64,000 bases of DNA from an uncultured Bacteroidota bacterium (GCA_903901055.1 CAIUPO010000051.1:8312-72311); one strand, 5' to 3'; positions 33,374-43,803 are shown, numbered from the stretch's first letter. A program made the numbers and translations. The notes: generated from the letters alone by a model not told the origin.

Positions 33374-36022
33374 ATGAAATCGGCAGAAATCCGTACTCTT
33401 TTTCTCAAATTCTTTGAATCCAAACAACATCTGATTGTGCCATCTGCACCTATTGTTTTGAAGGACGACCCTACCCTTATGTTCACCAATGCTGGTATGA
33501 ACCAGTTTAAAGACATTTTTTTAGGTCATGGCACAGCCCAAAGTCCGCGTATAGCAGATACCCAAAAGTGCCTGCGGGTTTCAGGAAAACATAATGATTT
33601 AGAGGAAGTAGGGGTTGATACCTATCACCATACCATGTTCGAAATGCTTGGTAACTGGTCCTTTGGCGATTATTTTAAAAAGGATGCAATTGACTGGGCT
33701 TGGGAATTACTCACCGGAGTCTATAAAATAGATAAGGACCGCCTTTATGTTACTGTTTTTGAAGGCGATAAAAACGAAAATCTTGCTTTTGATGATGAGG
33801 CTAAAAAACACTGGTCAGCTTACCTTTCTGAGGATAGAATACTGAACGGAAATAAGAAAGATAACTTCTGGGAAATGGGCGAAACCGGCCCTTGCGGACC
33901 TTGCTCTGAAGTGCATGTAGATATGCGCAGCGAAGAGGACCGCAAAAAAGTAGATGGCAAAACCCTTGTAAATGCAAGCCATCCTCAGGTAATTGAAATT
34001 TGGAACCTTGTTTTTATGGAATTCAACCGAAAGGCTGACGGCAAACTGGAAAAACTACCTGCCCAGCATGTTGATACCGGTATGGGGTTCGAAAGGCTTT
34101 CTATGGTTTTACAAGGAAAGCAATCCACTTACGATACGGACATTTTTCAGCCCCTCATAGTAGAATTAGAAAAAAATTCAGACAAAAAATATTCGCCAAC
34201 AGCTAATTCAGGCGAACAAGAAAAGATAAATATTGCCATGCGTGTTATTGCCGACCACATCAGGGCAATTTCATTTTGCATAGCCGACGGACAAATCCCT
34301 TCCAATACAGGTGCAGGATATGTAATAAGGCGCATATTGCGTCGGGCAGTAAGGTATGGTTATCAATCCCTGAATTTTAAAGAACCTTTTCTTTATGAAT
34401 TGGTTGATATCCTTGTTGCACAAATGGGGAATTTCTTTCCTGAATTGGTAAAGCAGCATAAGCTTATTAAAAAAGTAATACAGGAGGAAGAACAGGCATT
34501 TATGCGCACCCTTTCGCAAGGGTTGGATAGGCTTGATGCATTATGCACTAAGACAAAATCGGAATCTAAAACTACATTAGATGGTGAATTGGTTTTTGAA
34601 TTACATGACACCTTCGGTTTCCCGGCAGATTTAACTGCGCTCATTGCTAAGGGATATAATTTATCTATTGACGAAACTGGTTTTAACAAAGCGCTCGAAG
34701 CCCAAAAAACACGTTCCCGTAAAGCAACTGCTATTGAAACAGGAGATTGGATTGAACTGATCCCTCAAACACAAACCATATTCACAGGGTATGAAAGAAT
34801 TGAAGAAAAAGCCCACATTTTAAAGTACCGAAAAACAACCCTTAAAGGAAAAGACCAATATCAAATTGTATTGGATAAAACTCCATTTTATGCCGAAAGC
34901 GGCGGACAGGTAGGCGATACAGGCTTTCTGGAAGCGAATGGTAAACGCATAAAAATTATCAATACGCAGAAAGAAAATAATCTGATTGTTCATTTTTCAG
35001 ATTCACTTCCGGAGAATTTGAGTGACAACTTCACTGCAATTGTTGATCCATTAAGAAGAATACACACTGCGGACAACCACTCAGCCACTCACCTACTCCA
35101 TGCTGCACTGCGTAAGGTATTGGGCAAACATGTTGAACAACGTGGTTCACTCGTAAGCCCCGATTATTTAAGGTTCGATTTCTCACATTTCTCTAAAATG
35201 ACGGATGAAGAATTAAACGAAATTGAAAGTATTGTAAACCAAAAAATACGGGAGAATATACCTTGCTCAACTCAGATATTACCAATTGAAGAAGCTAAAA
35301 AATTAGGTGCTATGGCTCTCTTCGGGGAAAAATATGGAGATACCGTAAGGGTTGTAACCATTGATAAAAACTACTCTATTGAACTCTGTGGCGGCACCCA
35401 TGTGAAAGCCACCGGGCAAATAGGTTATTTCAAAATCCTTTCGGAAAGCGCACTATCAGCAGGTATCCGAAGGATTGAGGCTGTTACAGCATTGGGTGCT
35501 GAAAACTATATTCACGAACAGATTGAAACTGTAAAACAAGCATCGCTGGCGCTGAAAAACCCTAAGAATATTGTAAAAGCAATTCAAGATATGCAGCAGC
35601 AGACTAGTGAATTACAGAAACAGGTTGAGAAACTTTCCAAAGAACAGGGTGCGGCTATTAAATCAGCATTACAGAATAAAAAACAAACCATTGAAACTAT
35701 TCATTTCATTGGGGAAAAAATTGAAATAACATCAGCTGATGTGGCAAAAGATATTTGCTTTCAATTGAAAAGTGAAATACCAAATCTATTTCTTATCCTC
35801 GGTGCAGAAGTAAACGGAAAGGCAAATCTGTTCCTTGCATTATCTGATAATCTGCTGAAAGAAAAAAGCTGGAATGCATCAACCCTCATCCGTGAATTCA
35901 GCAAAGAAATTCAAGGTGGCGGCGGCGGACAACCGTTCTATGCAAGTGCCGGAGGAACAAATGCGGCTGGTATTTCGGTTGCAATAGCGAAGGCAAAAGA
36001 ATGGGTGGAGAAAAACAAATAA
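33374..36022 (+). CDS. alaS: Alanine--tRNA ligase
   Basis: 882 aa. FTNAGMNQFKD, the class II core, the HxxxH editing motif (HSATHLLH) and a C-terminal DHHA1-like GGGGGQPFYASAGG. Confidence 0.95.
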   Translation: MKSAEIRTLFLKFFESKQHLIVPSAPIVLKDDPTLMFTNAGMNQFKDIFLGHGTAQSPRIADTQKCLRVSGKHNDLEEVGVDTYHHTMFEMLGNWSFGDYFKKDAIDWAWELLTGVYKIDKDRLYVTVFEGDKNENLAFDDEAKKHWSAYLSEDRILNGNKKDNFWEMGETGPCGPCSEVHVDMRSEEDRKKVDGKTLVNASHPQVIEIWNLVFMEFNRKADGKLEKLPAQHVDTGMGFERLSMVLQGKQSTYDTDIFQPLIVELEKNSDKKYSPTANSGEQEKINIAMRVIADHIRAISFCIADGQIPSNTGAGYVIRRILRRAVRYGYQSLNFKEPFLYELVDILVAQMGNFFPELVKQHKLIKKVIQEEEQAFMRTLSQGLDRLDALCTKTKSESKTTLDGELVFELHDTFGFPADLTALIAKGYNLSIDETGFNKALEAQKTRSRKATAIETGDWIELIPQTQTIFTGYERIEEKAHILKYRKTTLKGKDQYQIVLDKTPFYAESGGQVGDTGFLEANGKRIKIINTQKENNLIVHFSDSLPENLSDNFTAIVDPLRRIHTADNHSATHLLHAALRKVLGKHVEQRGSLVSPDYLRFDFSHFSKMTDEELNEIESIVNQKIRENIPCSTQILPIEEAKKLGAMALFGEKYGDTVRVVTIDKNYSIELCGGTHVKATGQIGYFKILSESALSAGIRRIEAVTALGAENYIHEQIETVKQASLALKNPKNIVKAIQDMQQQTSELQKQVEKLSKEQGAAIKSALQNKKQTIETIHFIGEKIEITSADVAKDICFQLKSEIPNLFLILGAEVNGKANLFLALSDNLLKEKSWNASTLIREFSKEIQGGGGGQPFYASAGGTNAAGISVAIAKAKEWVEKNK

Positions 36023-36032
36023 TTATTTTATC

Positions 36033-37454
36033 TTGAAAAAAATATCGTCCTACTTAGCTATTCTGTCAGTTGCTGCTTTTTTTTGCAGTTGCGGCATCAA
36101 TAGTAAATCAACCTACACTATCAATCCTGATTTATCAGGCAAATGCGTTTTCGAAGAAAAACTTGGGCTTGATATGGCAATGATAAGCACCTATTACAGC
36201 GAAGCAAGTTCTAAAAAAGGGGATCTGGGTGGATTTTCCTCTATGTTCGCAGACACTACCAGGCTAACACCCCATGACATGATGCTTGCTTTTGGCAGTA
36301 AAATTTTATCAAAACCGGGAGTGGTAGCATGGAAGGACATAGACCTGCACATGATTGGAAAGGATACCGTATACTTTAAGGGTACGGCTTATTTTAAAAA
36401 TATCTCCGATGAATCTTTATCTTCCATAGATTCCAGCATGAAGGTTTACAATGACGACAAAGGACAAACCATCATCGAGTTAAAACAGAAAAAGGATACT
36501 GGTTCAAGTTATGCCTCTAAAGAATACAAAAAACTGTTTAAAGGCGGAGGCGTTTATTATAGTTACATGCACTATTACATGGCAGTGTTGCTGCGAGATA
36601 TAAACATCAGTGTTACCTACCATCTCCCGGGCAAAATAGTTTCATGCTCAAACTTCGCTAAAATTAACGACAACACTGCAGAACTGTCTATCAATGGAAA
36701 AAACATGATGGCCAGCCTTGATACGCTATTACAGAATACAGATATGATTAGCAAAATGTATAGCAATCCATCCAATATAGGGTCAATGTCTTCAACTGAT
36801 CCGTATAAATACAATAGCTTATTTTTTAGTGAAAATAAACCTATCCGTGTTACCTATAAAGCAGGAGACAAGCCACAATTCGACTATGCAAAGGAGGTGG
36901 CTGAAGCAAAAATATACTATGCTAACTTCCTTAAAAAATCAGGAATTGCAGCCTTCGATTCACTTGCATTAATAAAAATTGAAAAGGTAGAAGCGGAAAA
37001 AAGAAAAGAACATGGTACACTTGTTCTTACTTCCGAAGATTCAGCAAATGGAAAAATCTATTTCAAAGAGCTTGGTGCGAACCAGTATAGCTACAGCAGT
37101 GATAATTACCTCAGTTTTACGGGCACCTTATCCCGTCCTGTAAGTGCGAGTAATTATGCCCTTGTTTCTATTTCATACATAACATCTGATAATGGCACCA
37201 ATTTAACCGACAGTCTTTCCAATTCTTCTTTTATTACGGCATATTTATCTTCGTCGTCATACAATTATTCCGATACTTCTTCCGTTAGTAATGATGATAA
37301 AGTTTCATTTTCATTAAGTGGACATTTTCCTGACGACACAAAATTTATTAACCTGCAAGGCACATTGAAGATTGATACGGTAACAACTATCCCATTTAAA
37401 ATTACCAAGCTTTACCTTTCCAAAAAAAATGGATTTGGCGAAGAAGAAAAATAA
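36033..37454 (+). CDS. Hypothetical lipoprotein
   Basis: Lipobox-like LSVAAFFCSCG, 473 aa, Ser-rich C-terminal half. The listed start is TTG. Confidence 0.5.
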   Translation: MKKISSYLAILSVAAFFCSCGINSKSTYTINPDLSGKCVFEEKLGLDMAMISTYYSEASSKKGDLGGFSSMFADTTRLTPHDMMLAFGSKILSKPGVVAWKDIDLHMIGKDTVYFKGTAYFKNISDESLSSIDSSMKVYNDDKGQTIIELKQKKDTGSSYASKEYKKLFKGGGVYYSYMHYYMAVLLRDINISVTYHLPGKIVSCSNFAKINDNTAELSINGKNMMASLDTLLQNTDMISKMYSNPSNIGSMSSTDPYKYNSLFFSENKPIRVTYKAGDKPQFDYAKEVAEAKIYYANFLKKSGIAAFDSLALIKIEKVEAEKRKEHGTLVLTSEDSANGKIYFKELGANQYSYSSDNYLSFTGTLSRPVSASNYALVSISYITSDNGTNLTDSLSNSSFITAYLSSSSYNYSDTSSVSNDDKVSFSLSGHFPDDTKFINLQGTLKIDTVTTIPFKITKLYLSKKNGFGEEEK

Positions 37455-37470
37455 ATCAAATTCCTAACCA

Positions 37471-38466
37471 ATGAATGCAATTAATTTTTTCAAGACAGGT
37501 TCTTTTGTATTTCTGTTAGTAACCGTTTCATCCTGCAGTTCATCCCATTATAAAGAGGAGAGAGAAAACAATACCGTGTCGGCATTGAAAGCACCTCCCC
37601 CACCTTCTAATAGCTTACCTCCAAGCAGTAATGGCTCATTACATGCCACAGATTCGCTTACCCCATCCAACATGTTTATTTCATCCTCTGCTGCCGGTAC
37701 GAATAGCGATACAAACCGCAAATTCATTAAAACAGCGGATATGAAATTCAGTGTTCATAATGTTTACAAGGCTACCTATAGTATTGAGGACATTGTGAAA
37801 AAATTTGATGGATTTGTTACATACACCAATTTAAACAGCAGTGTAAATAATAAAGCCATTACGAATATCAGCGCCGATTCATCGCTCGAGTCCACTTACT
37901 ACACCGTAAGCAATACAATGGTTTTGCGGGTTCCATGCAATAAACTCGACACAACATTGCGAACCATTGCAAGGCTTATTAACTTTTTGGATGACCGCAT
38001 TATTAAGGCCGATGATGTTCAATTTGATATTCTTTCGAACCAACTAACTGAACTTCGCGCCCGAAAACATGCACATAAGCTTTCAAATGACATCGATACT
38101 AAAGGCAAAAAACTAATTGAGATTTCAGAAACGGCAACCATAGTTGATGACAAAGAAGAGCAAGCAGACAATGCCCGCGTTGAAAATCTGAAACTAAAGG
38201 ACAGGATTCAATACAGCACCATCAATATTGAGATTTACCAAAGGGAAACCATCAAGCGCGAGTTAATTGCCAACGAAAAAAACATCAAGGCGTATGAACC
38301 CGGGTTAGGTTTTAAAATTTGGGAGGCAATAAAATCGGGTTGGTCCACTTTAGAGGATATTATTGTTTTCCTTGCCAATATCTGGTTCCTGTATGTAATA
38401 GCAATTTTAGGATATTTGCTATACCGTTTTTTAGTAAGAATTCAAACCAGAAATAAGCCCAAATAG
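37471..38466 (+). CDS. DUF4349-type lipoprotein
   Basis: Signal with Cys (TVSSCSS), RKFIKTADMKFSV...MVLRVPCNKLDTTL..., a coiled-coil region, ...IQYSTINIEIYQ and a C-terminal TM pair. This pattern is typical of DUF4349. Confidence 0.7.
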   Translation: MNAINFFKTGSFVFLLVTVSSCSSSHYKEERENNTVSALKAPPPPSNSLPPSSNGSLHATDSLTPSNMFISSSAAGTNSDTNRKFIKTADMKFSVHNVYKATYSIEDIVKKFDGFVTYTNLNSSVNNKAITNISADSSLESTYYTVSNTMVLRVPCNKLDTTLRTIARLINFLDDRIIKADDVQFDILSNQLTELRARKHAHKLSNDIDTKGKKLIEISETATIVDDKEEQADNARVENLKLKDRIQYSTINIEIYQRETIKRELIANEKNIKAYEPGLGFKIWEAIKSGWSTLEDIIVFLANIWFLYVIAILGYLLYRFLVRIQTRNKPK

Positions 38467-38469
38467 GTT

Positions 38470-39324
38470 TTACTTCTTAATAGCAGGTGGGTGTGTCAAC
38501 CCGATGTTTACGGAATCTTTATGCGTAAGCTGGTTGCTTTCGTTCATTATTCTGTATTCAGCTCTGGTCACGCTATAAGTTTGTGGCCTGTCGTTTAACC
38601 GCAATGTTATTCCAACCTGCCCGTAGTAAGGCGAGCCAAGCCCTGCCTCAAACTGTAATCCTAAATCCTGCACTGGGAAATATCGTAGTCCCCAAAGCAC
38701 CTGAAAACTTAATTTAGTATTGTTAGTTGAATTAATAACCGGGTAGTAATAATAATAATTAGGGTTTGATGTCCATTGGTCTTGTTCATTCCAAATGGAT
38801 ATTCCTGCCCTTACACCCATGTAAAAATGAACATTGTCGCTGTTTCTCCCCATAAAATAAAAAAGATTCCGCATACCTATATTCAAGCGGGTGAATGTGG
38901 CAAGGTTCGGGTAACGGTTGTAATAATTACCCTGGTAACTATTTTGATTAACAAATTGAATCTCCTGGTAATTGACGCCGATACCCATACTTATAATTCG
39001 CGCGATCAGCATATCAAGCGAGCCTCCGAATTCCGGAAGGTGGTTAATGCTGAAGCCACTGGAATAATTATAATAACCATTTCCGTAATTTTCAATCGGA
39101 CTAAGCAACGATGTCATATCGCCATAGCCAATCCCTCCGGTAATAAAGACTTCCCCGGGATTAAGCTCCCTGTTGGTTGAAACAGGAATTTGTATGAGCA
39201 TGCTTCTATTCGAATCCGGCGGAGACGAAAACGATTTATCCAAATACGGAATATTCGCAATACTTCTTGCACTATTAAAAAGCAAGCAGGATGCCATCAT
39301 TAAAAGAACAGGATGCCTTTTCAT
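38470..39324 (-). CDS. Hypothetical secreted/outer-membrane protein
   Basis: Signal peptide, composition rich in Gly/Asn/Tyr, and alternating beta-strand-like pattern. Confidence 0.4.
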   Translation of the reverse strand: MKRHPVLLMMASCLLFNSARSIANIPYLDKSFSSPPDSNRSMLIQIPVSTNRELNPGEVFITGGIGYGDMTSLLSPIENYGNGYYNYSSGFSINHLPEFGGSLDMLIARIISMGIGVNYQEIQFVNQNSYQGNYYNRYPNLATFTRLNIGMRNLFYFMGRNSDNVHFYMGVRAGISIWNEQDQWTSNPNYYYYYPVINSTNNTKLSFQVLWGLRYFPVQDLGLQFEAGLGSPYYGQVGITLRLNDRPQTYSVTRAEYRIMNESNQLTHKDSVNIGLTHPPAIKK

Positions 39325-39412
39325 ACTTTTACAATTTTATTATTACAAATGTAAAAATAATTTCCGGACAGAACTGTAAGATGTTCAGGAATTTTGATAA
39401 TTTATTTCATCC

Positions 39413-39730
39413 CTATTTGCCGGCAACTTTCTTGATAAGAAGATAAATAATCTTCATTACATAAAAAGCAATAAGCCAGCAGAAAAAGCAGGCAAGCAGC
39501 ATACACACATAAAATGCAAGCCAGTAAATGGCACTATTTTTTCCTAATGCAATGTCGTATTGATGATTTATCGGATGAAAAATAGACATGTTAAAAAAGT
39601 CGATTACCGATGAAGATTCAACCCCTGGTTTTTTCTTGATAATATACCTTGCCAATATTGGCGCAAAGAAATAAAACAAGGCAACAATGCCCAGAATATT
39701 TTTTGTTAAACGTAAAACCCTATCGTACAT
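39413..39730 (-). CDS. Small integral membrane protein
   Basis: 105 aa with three hydrophobic helices. Confidence 0.4.
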   Translation of the reverse strand: MYDRVLRLTKNILGIVALFYFFAPILARYIIKKKPGVESSSVIDFFNMSIFHPINHQYDIALGKNSAIYWLAFYVCMLLACFFCWLIAFYVMKIIYLLIKKVAGK

Positions 39731-39881
39731 AATGCATAAATTTTAGATGTTGAAAGTGTAAATGTAATAAACATCTTTTTACTTGTTTGCCACTAAATCA
39801 CAAAATCACTAAACACACAAAATAATTAGTGTGTAATTTTTTCGTGTTTTTGTGCCTTTGTGGCAGAATTCTAAAATCATT

Positions 39882-39889
39882 TACCTTTG
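39882..39889 (+). promoter_or_regulatory. Bacteroidota-type -7 promoter element (TACCTTTG)
   Basis: Matches TAnnTTTG 52 nt upstream of the paaZ ATG at 39941. It lies inside the listed longer ORF, which argues against the TTG start at 39887. Confidence 0.45.
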
Positions 39890-39940
39890 AACCTTATTAT
39901 GACTTTACATTCACCATTAACAATTTACAATTCTAAATAT

Positions 39941-41980
39941 ATGAAACTCGCTAACTATGTAGAAGGAAAATGGGTGGAAGGCCTTGGAGAAGGTGTTCCG
40001 CTATTTAATGCTATAAACGGAGAACTGATTGCCGAAGCCACTACCAAAGGTTTGGACTTTGGTGAAATACTTGACTATGCCCGCAACACAGGCAGCCCTG
40101 CTTTGCGTAAAATGACTTTCCATGAAAGGGCCTTGATGCTGAAAAAACTGGCGCTGCACCTCACTGCGAAAAAAGAAATGTTCTATAAACTGTCCTACGC
40201 GACAGGCGCTACCAAGGTTGATTCCTGGGTGGATATTGAGGGCGGTATCGGTAACCTGTTTGTATACGCCAGCAAAGGCCGGCGTGAATTACCCAACGAA
40301 CCATTTTTTGTGGATGGCAAACCGGAAATTGTCTCTAAAAACGGGACATTTATCGGGCACCATATTTGTGTGCCATTGGAAGGAACTGCGGTACATATTA
40401 ATGCATTCAATTTCCCATGCTGGGGAATGTTGGAAAAGATAGCTGTGAACTTATTGGCAGGTATGCCCGCTATTGTGAAGCCTGCGACCATTACATCATA
40501 CCTCACCCAAATAATGGTGCAGGAAATTATTTCTTCGGGTATATTACCGGAAGGCGCATTGCAGCTGCTTTGCGGCAGTACAGGCGATTTGCTTGACCAC
40601 CTTACTTGTCAAGATGTAGTTACCTTTACAGGTAGTGCATCCACCGGAAAAAAATTAAAATCGCATGCTTCCATTTTAGAAAATTCGGTGCGATTTACCA
40701 TGGAAGCAGACTCCTTGAACTGTTGTATTCTCGGGCCTGATGCGGTTCCCGGAAGTGAAATATTCAATCTCTTTATTAAAGAAGTTGCACGCGAAATGAC
40801 CACCAAAGCAGGCCAAAAATGTACTGCTATCCGCCGTACCATTGTCCCCGATAACCTGACAGAACCTGTTATTGATGCACTTAAGAAAAGACTTGCAACC
40901 ATTGCAATTGGCGACCCTCAGAAAGAAGGTGTCCGTATGGGCTCCCTCGCAGGAAAAGAACAGGTAAAAGAGGTGATGGAAAAAGTAAAAATGCTTCAAA
41001 AATCATGTGAGACCGTTTTCGGAAATTACGATGACTTTGAAGTAATGGCTGCCGATAAAAAGAAAGGTGCATTCTTCCCGAGTATGTTGCTATATAGCAA
41101 AGATCCGCTCCACAATATGGCTCCGCATGAACTGGAAGCTTTCGGCCCGGTTAGCACCGTAATGCCTTACAAAACCGCCGCCGATGCTATTGCTATTGCA
41201 AAGCTTGGCAAAGGCAGTCTGGTAGGTTCTATATTTACCGAAGACGATTCCTTTGCGCGTCAAATGGTGTTGGGTACTGCAGCCTATCATGGACGTATGG
41301 TAGTGATTAATTCCAAGTCTGCCGGAGAAAGTACAGGGCATGGTTCTCCCCTGCCCCACCTCGTTCACGGCGGGCCGGGACGTGCAGGAGGCGGTGAAGA
41401 AATGGGCGGCATGCGTGGCATTTTCCACTATATGCAGCGCACCGCTATACAAGGCCACCCGACCACCATTACAGCTATTACCGATGTGTACCAACCCAAG
41501 TCAGAACAGATACATACCCTCACCCACCCTTTCCGCAAATATTTTGATGAGTTGCAGATTGGCGAAACCGAAGTAACCCACAAACGCACCGTTACCGAAG
41601 CCGACATTGTGAATTTTGCCAATATAAGCGGAGATAATTTTTACGCCCATACGGATGTTACATCCCTCGAAGGCACTATGTTTACTAGCCGTGTTGCACA
41701 TGGTTATTTTGTACTCTCTATGGCGGCAGGATTATTTGTTGACCCGCGCAAAGGCCCCGTATTAGCAAACTACGGACTGGATGAATGCCGCTTTGTGAAA
41801 CCCGTTTATGTAGGAGCCACCCTTGGTGTGCGCCTAACCGTAAAGGAAAAAACAGCTAAAGAAAACAAAGAAGGAGAACGCCCGCAAGGCATTGTAAAAT
41901 GGCAGGTTGATGTGTATGATGAAACCGGGGAAACGGTTGCTATGGCTACTATTTTGACGATTGTGGCGAGGAAGGAATAA
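39941..41980 (+). CDS. paaZ: Bifunctional aldehyde dehydrogenase / MaoC-type hydratase (PaaZ-like)
   Basis: N-terminal ALDH domain (catalytic-Cys region GQKCTAIRR), EAFGPV and a C-terminal hot-dog/MaoC domain (FANISGDNFYAHTD...HGYF). About 680 aa from MKLANYVEGKW. Confidence 0.85.
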   Translation: MKLANYVEGKWVEGLGEGVPLFNAINGELIAEATTKGLDFGEILDYARNTGSPALRKMTFHERALMLKKLALHLTAKKEMFYKLSYATGATKVDSWVDIEGGIGNLFVYASKGRRELPNEPFFVDGKPEIVSKNGTFIGHHICVPLEGTAVHINAFNFPCWGMLEKIAVNLLAGMPAIVKPATITSYLTQIMVQEIISSGILPEGALQLLCGSTGDLLDHLTCQDVVTFTGSASTGKKLKSHASILENSVRFTMEADSLNCCILGPDAVPGSEIFNLFIKEVAREMTTKAGQKCTAIRRTIVPDNLTEPVIDALKKRLATIAIGDPQKEGVRMGSLAGKEQVKEVMEKVKMLQKSCETVFGNYDDFEVMAADKKKGAFFPSMLLYSKDPLHNMAPHELEAFGPVSTVMPYKTAADAIAIAKLGKGSLVGSIFTEDDSFARQMVLGTAAYHGRMVVINSKSAGESTGHGSPLPHLVHGGPGRAGGGEEMGGMRGIFHYMQRTAIQGHPTTITAITDVYQPKSEQIHTLTHPFRKYFDELQIGETEVTHKRTVTEADIVNFANISGDNFYAHTDVTSLEGTMFTSRVAHGYFVLSMAAGLFVDPRKGPVLANYGLDECRFVKPVYVGATLGVRLTVKEKTAKENKEGERPQGIVKWQVDVYDETGETVAMATILTIVARKE

Positions 41981-41992
41981 ATAAATTAAGTG

Positions 41993-42652
41993 ATGGATAA
42001 AAACACCCAAGAACTATTAAATAGAGTAGATTTTCTATTAACACAAGGGAATTCTGTTTTAGCAACAATTAATGACCTTCAGGTTGATCCTGCAGTACTT
42101 TCCGGTTTCCGATCAGCAAGTTTGTCATTTATAGCTGGACTTTTTGGAGAAGACCATGTTTATTACACAGAATTCAAAGTTAATGTGAATGGAACTTATG
42201 GCTCAAGAACTAGAATTGGTATTAGCATTCTTAACGCAATTAAAAATGAAATTGAGCAAGGTTGGTTAACTACAATAAAAAGCCTAATTACAGCCGAAGT
42301 TTTTTCAGATTTTTTAGAAATGAGTTTACATTTACTTGACAATAATTACAAGGATCCCGCTGCCGTAATGATCGGTTCTATACTCGAGGAACACTTACGA
42401 CAATTGTGTATAAAAAATGGAGTAGAATTAACTTATCAAAAAGGAGATGAAGTGAAACCCAAAAGAGCAGATACCCTAAATACTGACTTAGTGAAACAGG
42501 GTGTTTATAATGTTCTTGAACAAAAAGGGGTTACTGCTTGGCTAGATTTGAGGAATAAAGCCGCACACGGACACTATAATGAATTTGTTATTGCACAAGT
42601 GAAAGAAATGTATTCTGGAGTTTTAGGTTTTCTTCAACGAAATCAATTATAA
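41993..42652 (+). CDS. HEPN-motif protein (Rx4H), candidate RNase/abortive-infection component
   Basis: The C-terminal helical region is AAVMIGSILEEHLRQLC ... VTAWLDLRNKAAHGHY. R is at 42551-42553 and H at 42566-42568, giving R-x4-H. The N-terminal ~110 aa have no recognised motif. Confidence 0.6.
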   Translation: MDKNTQELLNRVDFLLTQGNSVLATINDLQVDPAVLSGFRSASLSFIAGLFGEDHVYYTEFKVNVNGTYGSRTRIGISILNAIKNEIEQGWLTTIKSLITAEVFSDFLEMSLHLLDNNYKDPAAVMIGSILEEHLRQLCIKNGVELTYQKGDEVKPKRADTLNTDLVKQGVYNVLEQKGVTAWLDLRNKAAHGHYNEFVIAQVKEMYSGVLGFLQRNQL

Positions 42653-42653
42653 A

Positions 42654-43532
42654 ATGCTACTATTTAATTTCAATTATTACAATAATCCATCTATTCAAGA
42701 AACAGGAAACTCCTTTTTAAGGGACGCTATTCTATCAACCTGTGGTGTTTTGTTGGGTATAGCAATAAGTGAGTTACTTGGCTATATTAGAAGAAAAAGA
42801 GAAATTAACGACGTAGGTGAAAGTTTTTTAATTGAACTCAACACAATACAACTTAATGTACCAATCCAACTTAAATCAATTAAAGAATTCGCAATTCAAT
42901 TCCATACAAAGCAAATTGATAATAAAATATTTAACTTCATAGCACTTTTAAACACTAAAAGAATTGATATTCTTGACAGAAGATTAGTTTATAAATATTT
43001 CATCAAGAAAGAAAAAAATAAAGAAAAATCATTTAAAATAGTAGATGAATTATATGCTTCACTTGAAATAATTGAGTACGATTCTCAAATGGTAAAAAAT
43101 GAATTTGATATTCAAAAACTCAAATTAGAGGAAGGGACTAAACAACTTGAATTAGCAACTCGGAATATAACTGAAACAATATTTCTTTGGTTAACTGAAA
43201 ACACTAATAATGGATATGATTTTTCATCCGACAAATTTTATCAATTCATTGAATTAGCAATTTCACCTATTATTAAAAAAATTGGGCAACTAAATGTACT
43301 TAAGGTAGATGAAGCGATATTTAACCCACTAATTGAGAAATGTATTGAGCATAATAAACATCCTTTAGTAACTAAACTTTTTCCACTTTGTATTTCCGCC
43401 AGAGACATGGTTGTAAGTATGGGAAGAAAGTTGAATGATGGGGGGACGCTTATGGAAGCATATGCTAAATCGATGGAGCAAGAAGGGATTAGATTAAAAG
43501 CTGGAGTCGAAAAATACATGGGAATCATTTAA
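42654..43532 (+). CDS. Single-pass membrane protein of unknown function, translationally coupled to the HEPN gene
   Basis: The ATG is 1 nt after the upstream TAA. One TM (AILSTCGVLLGIAISELLGYI) is followed by ~250 aa of Lys/Glu/Ile-rich helical sequence with no recognisable catalytic motif. Confidence 0.55.
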   Translation: MLLFNFNYYNNPSIQETGNSFLRDAILSTCGVLLGIAISELLGYIRRKREINDVGESFLIELNTIQLNVPIQLKSIKEFAIQFHTKQIDNKIFNFIALLNTKRIDILDRRLVYKYFIKKEKNKEKSFKIVDELYASLEIIEYDSQMVKNEFDIQKLKLEEGTKQLELATRNITETIFLWLTENTNNGYDFSSDKFYQFIELAISPIIKKIGQLNVLKVDEAIFNPLIEKCIEHNKHPLVTKLFPLCISARDMVVSMGRKLNDGGTLMEAYAKSMEQEGIRLKAGVEKYMGII

Positions 43533-43547
43533 TATTTACCTCCCGTA

Positions 43548-43600
43548 GGCGCGAAGTTGCACTTCGTGCCTAAATAACTGGTAAGCTGAGCTTACTTTTT
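43548..43600 (+). terminator. Hairpin pair after the two-gene cassette
   Basis: GGCGCGAAGT-TGC-ACTTCGTGCC (10-bp stem with one G-T pair), then GTAAG-CTGAG-CTTAC followed by T5. Confidence 0.5.
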
Positions 43601-43803
43601 GTTATCCTTCTCGGGACTTTTACGACATCAGGGACTTCCCTTCAGGTCGTTTGTGTCACTAATGTCCATTGAAGAAATATGGGCTAAAGCCCCTAAGTCG
43701 GTGTTGGTGTTTCCCACACCGCCATAAATGACGCGGCACCCGATTACAGTTCATTCACTATCCATTGCTTTTCCCAAAGGGATCCATTCGGACAAGCAGT
43801 AGT

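Noticed and set aside
40195-41701. A cluster of minus-strand and alternative-frame ORFs inside paaZ (for example 41090-41494, 40676-40999)
   Set aside because: They overlap a full-length, motif-rich PaaZ reading frame and have no signatures. They are typical of the slightly more GC-rich coding DNA here.
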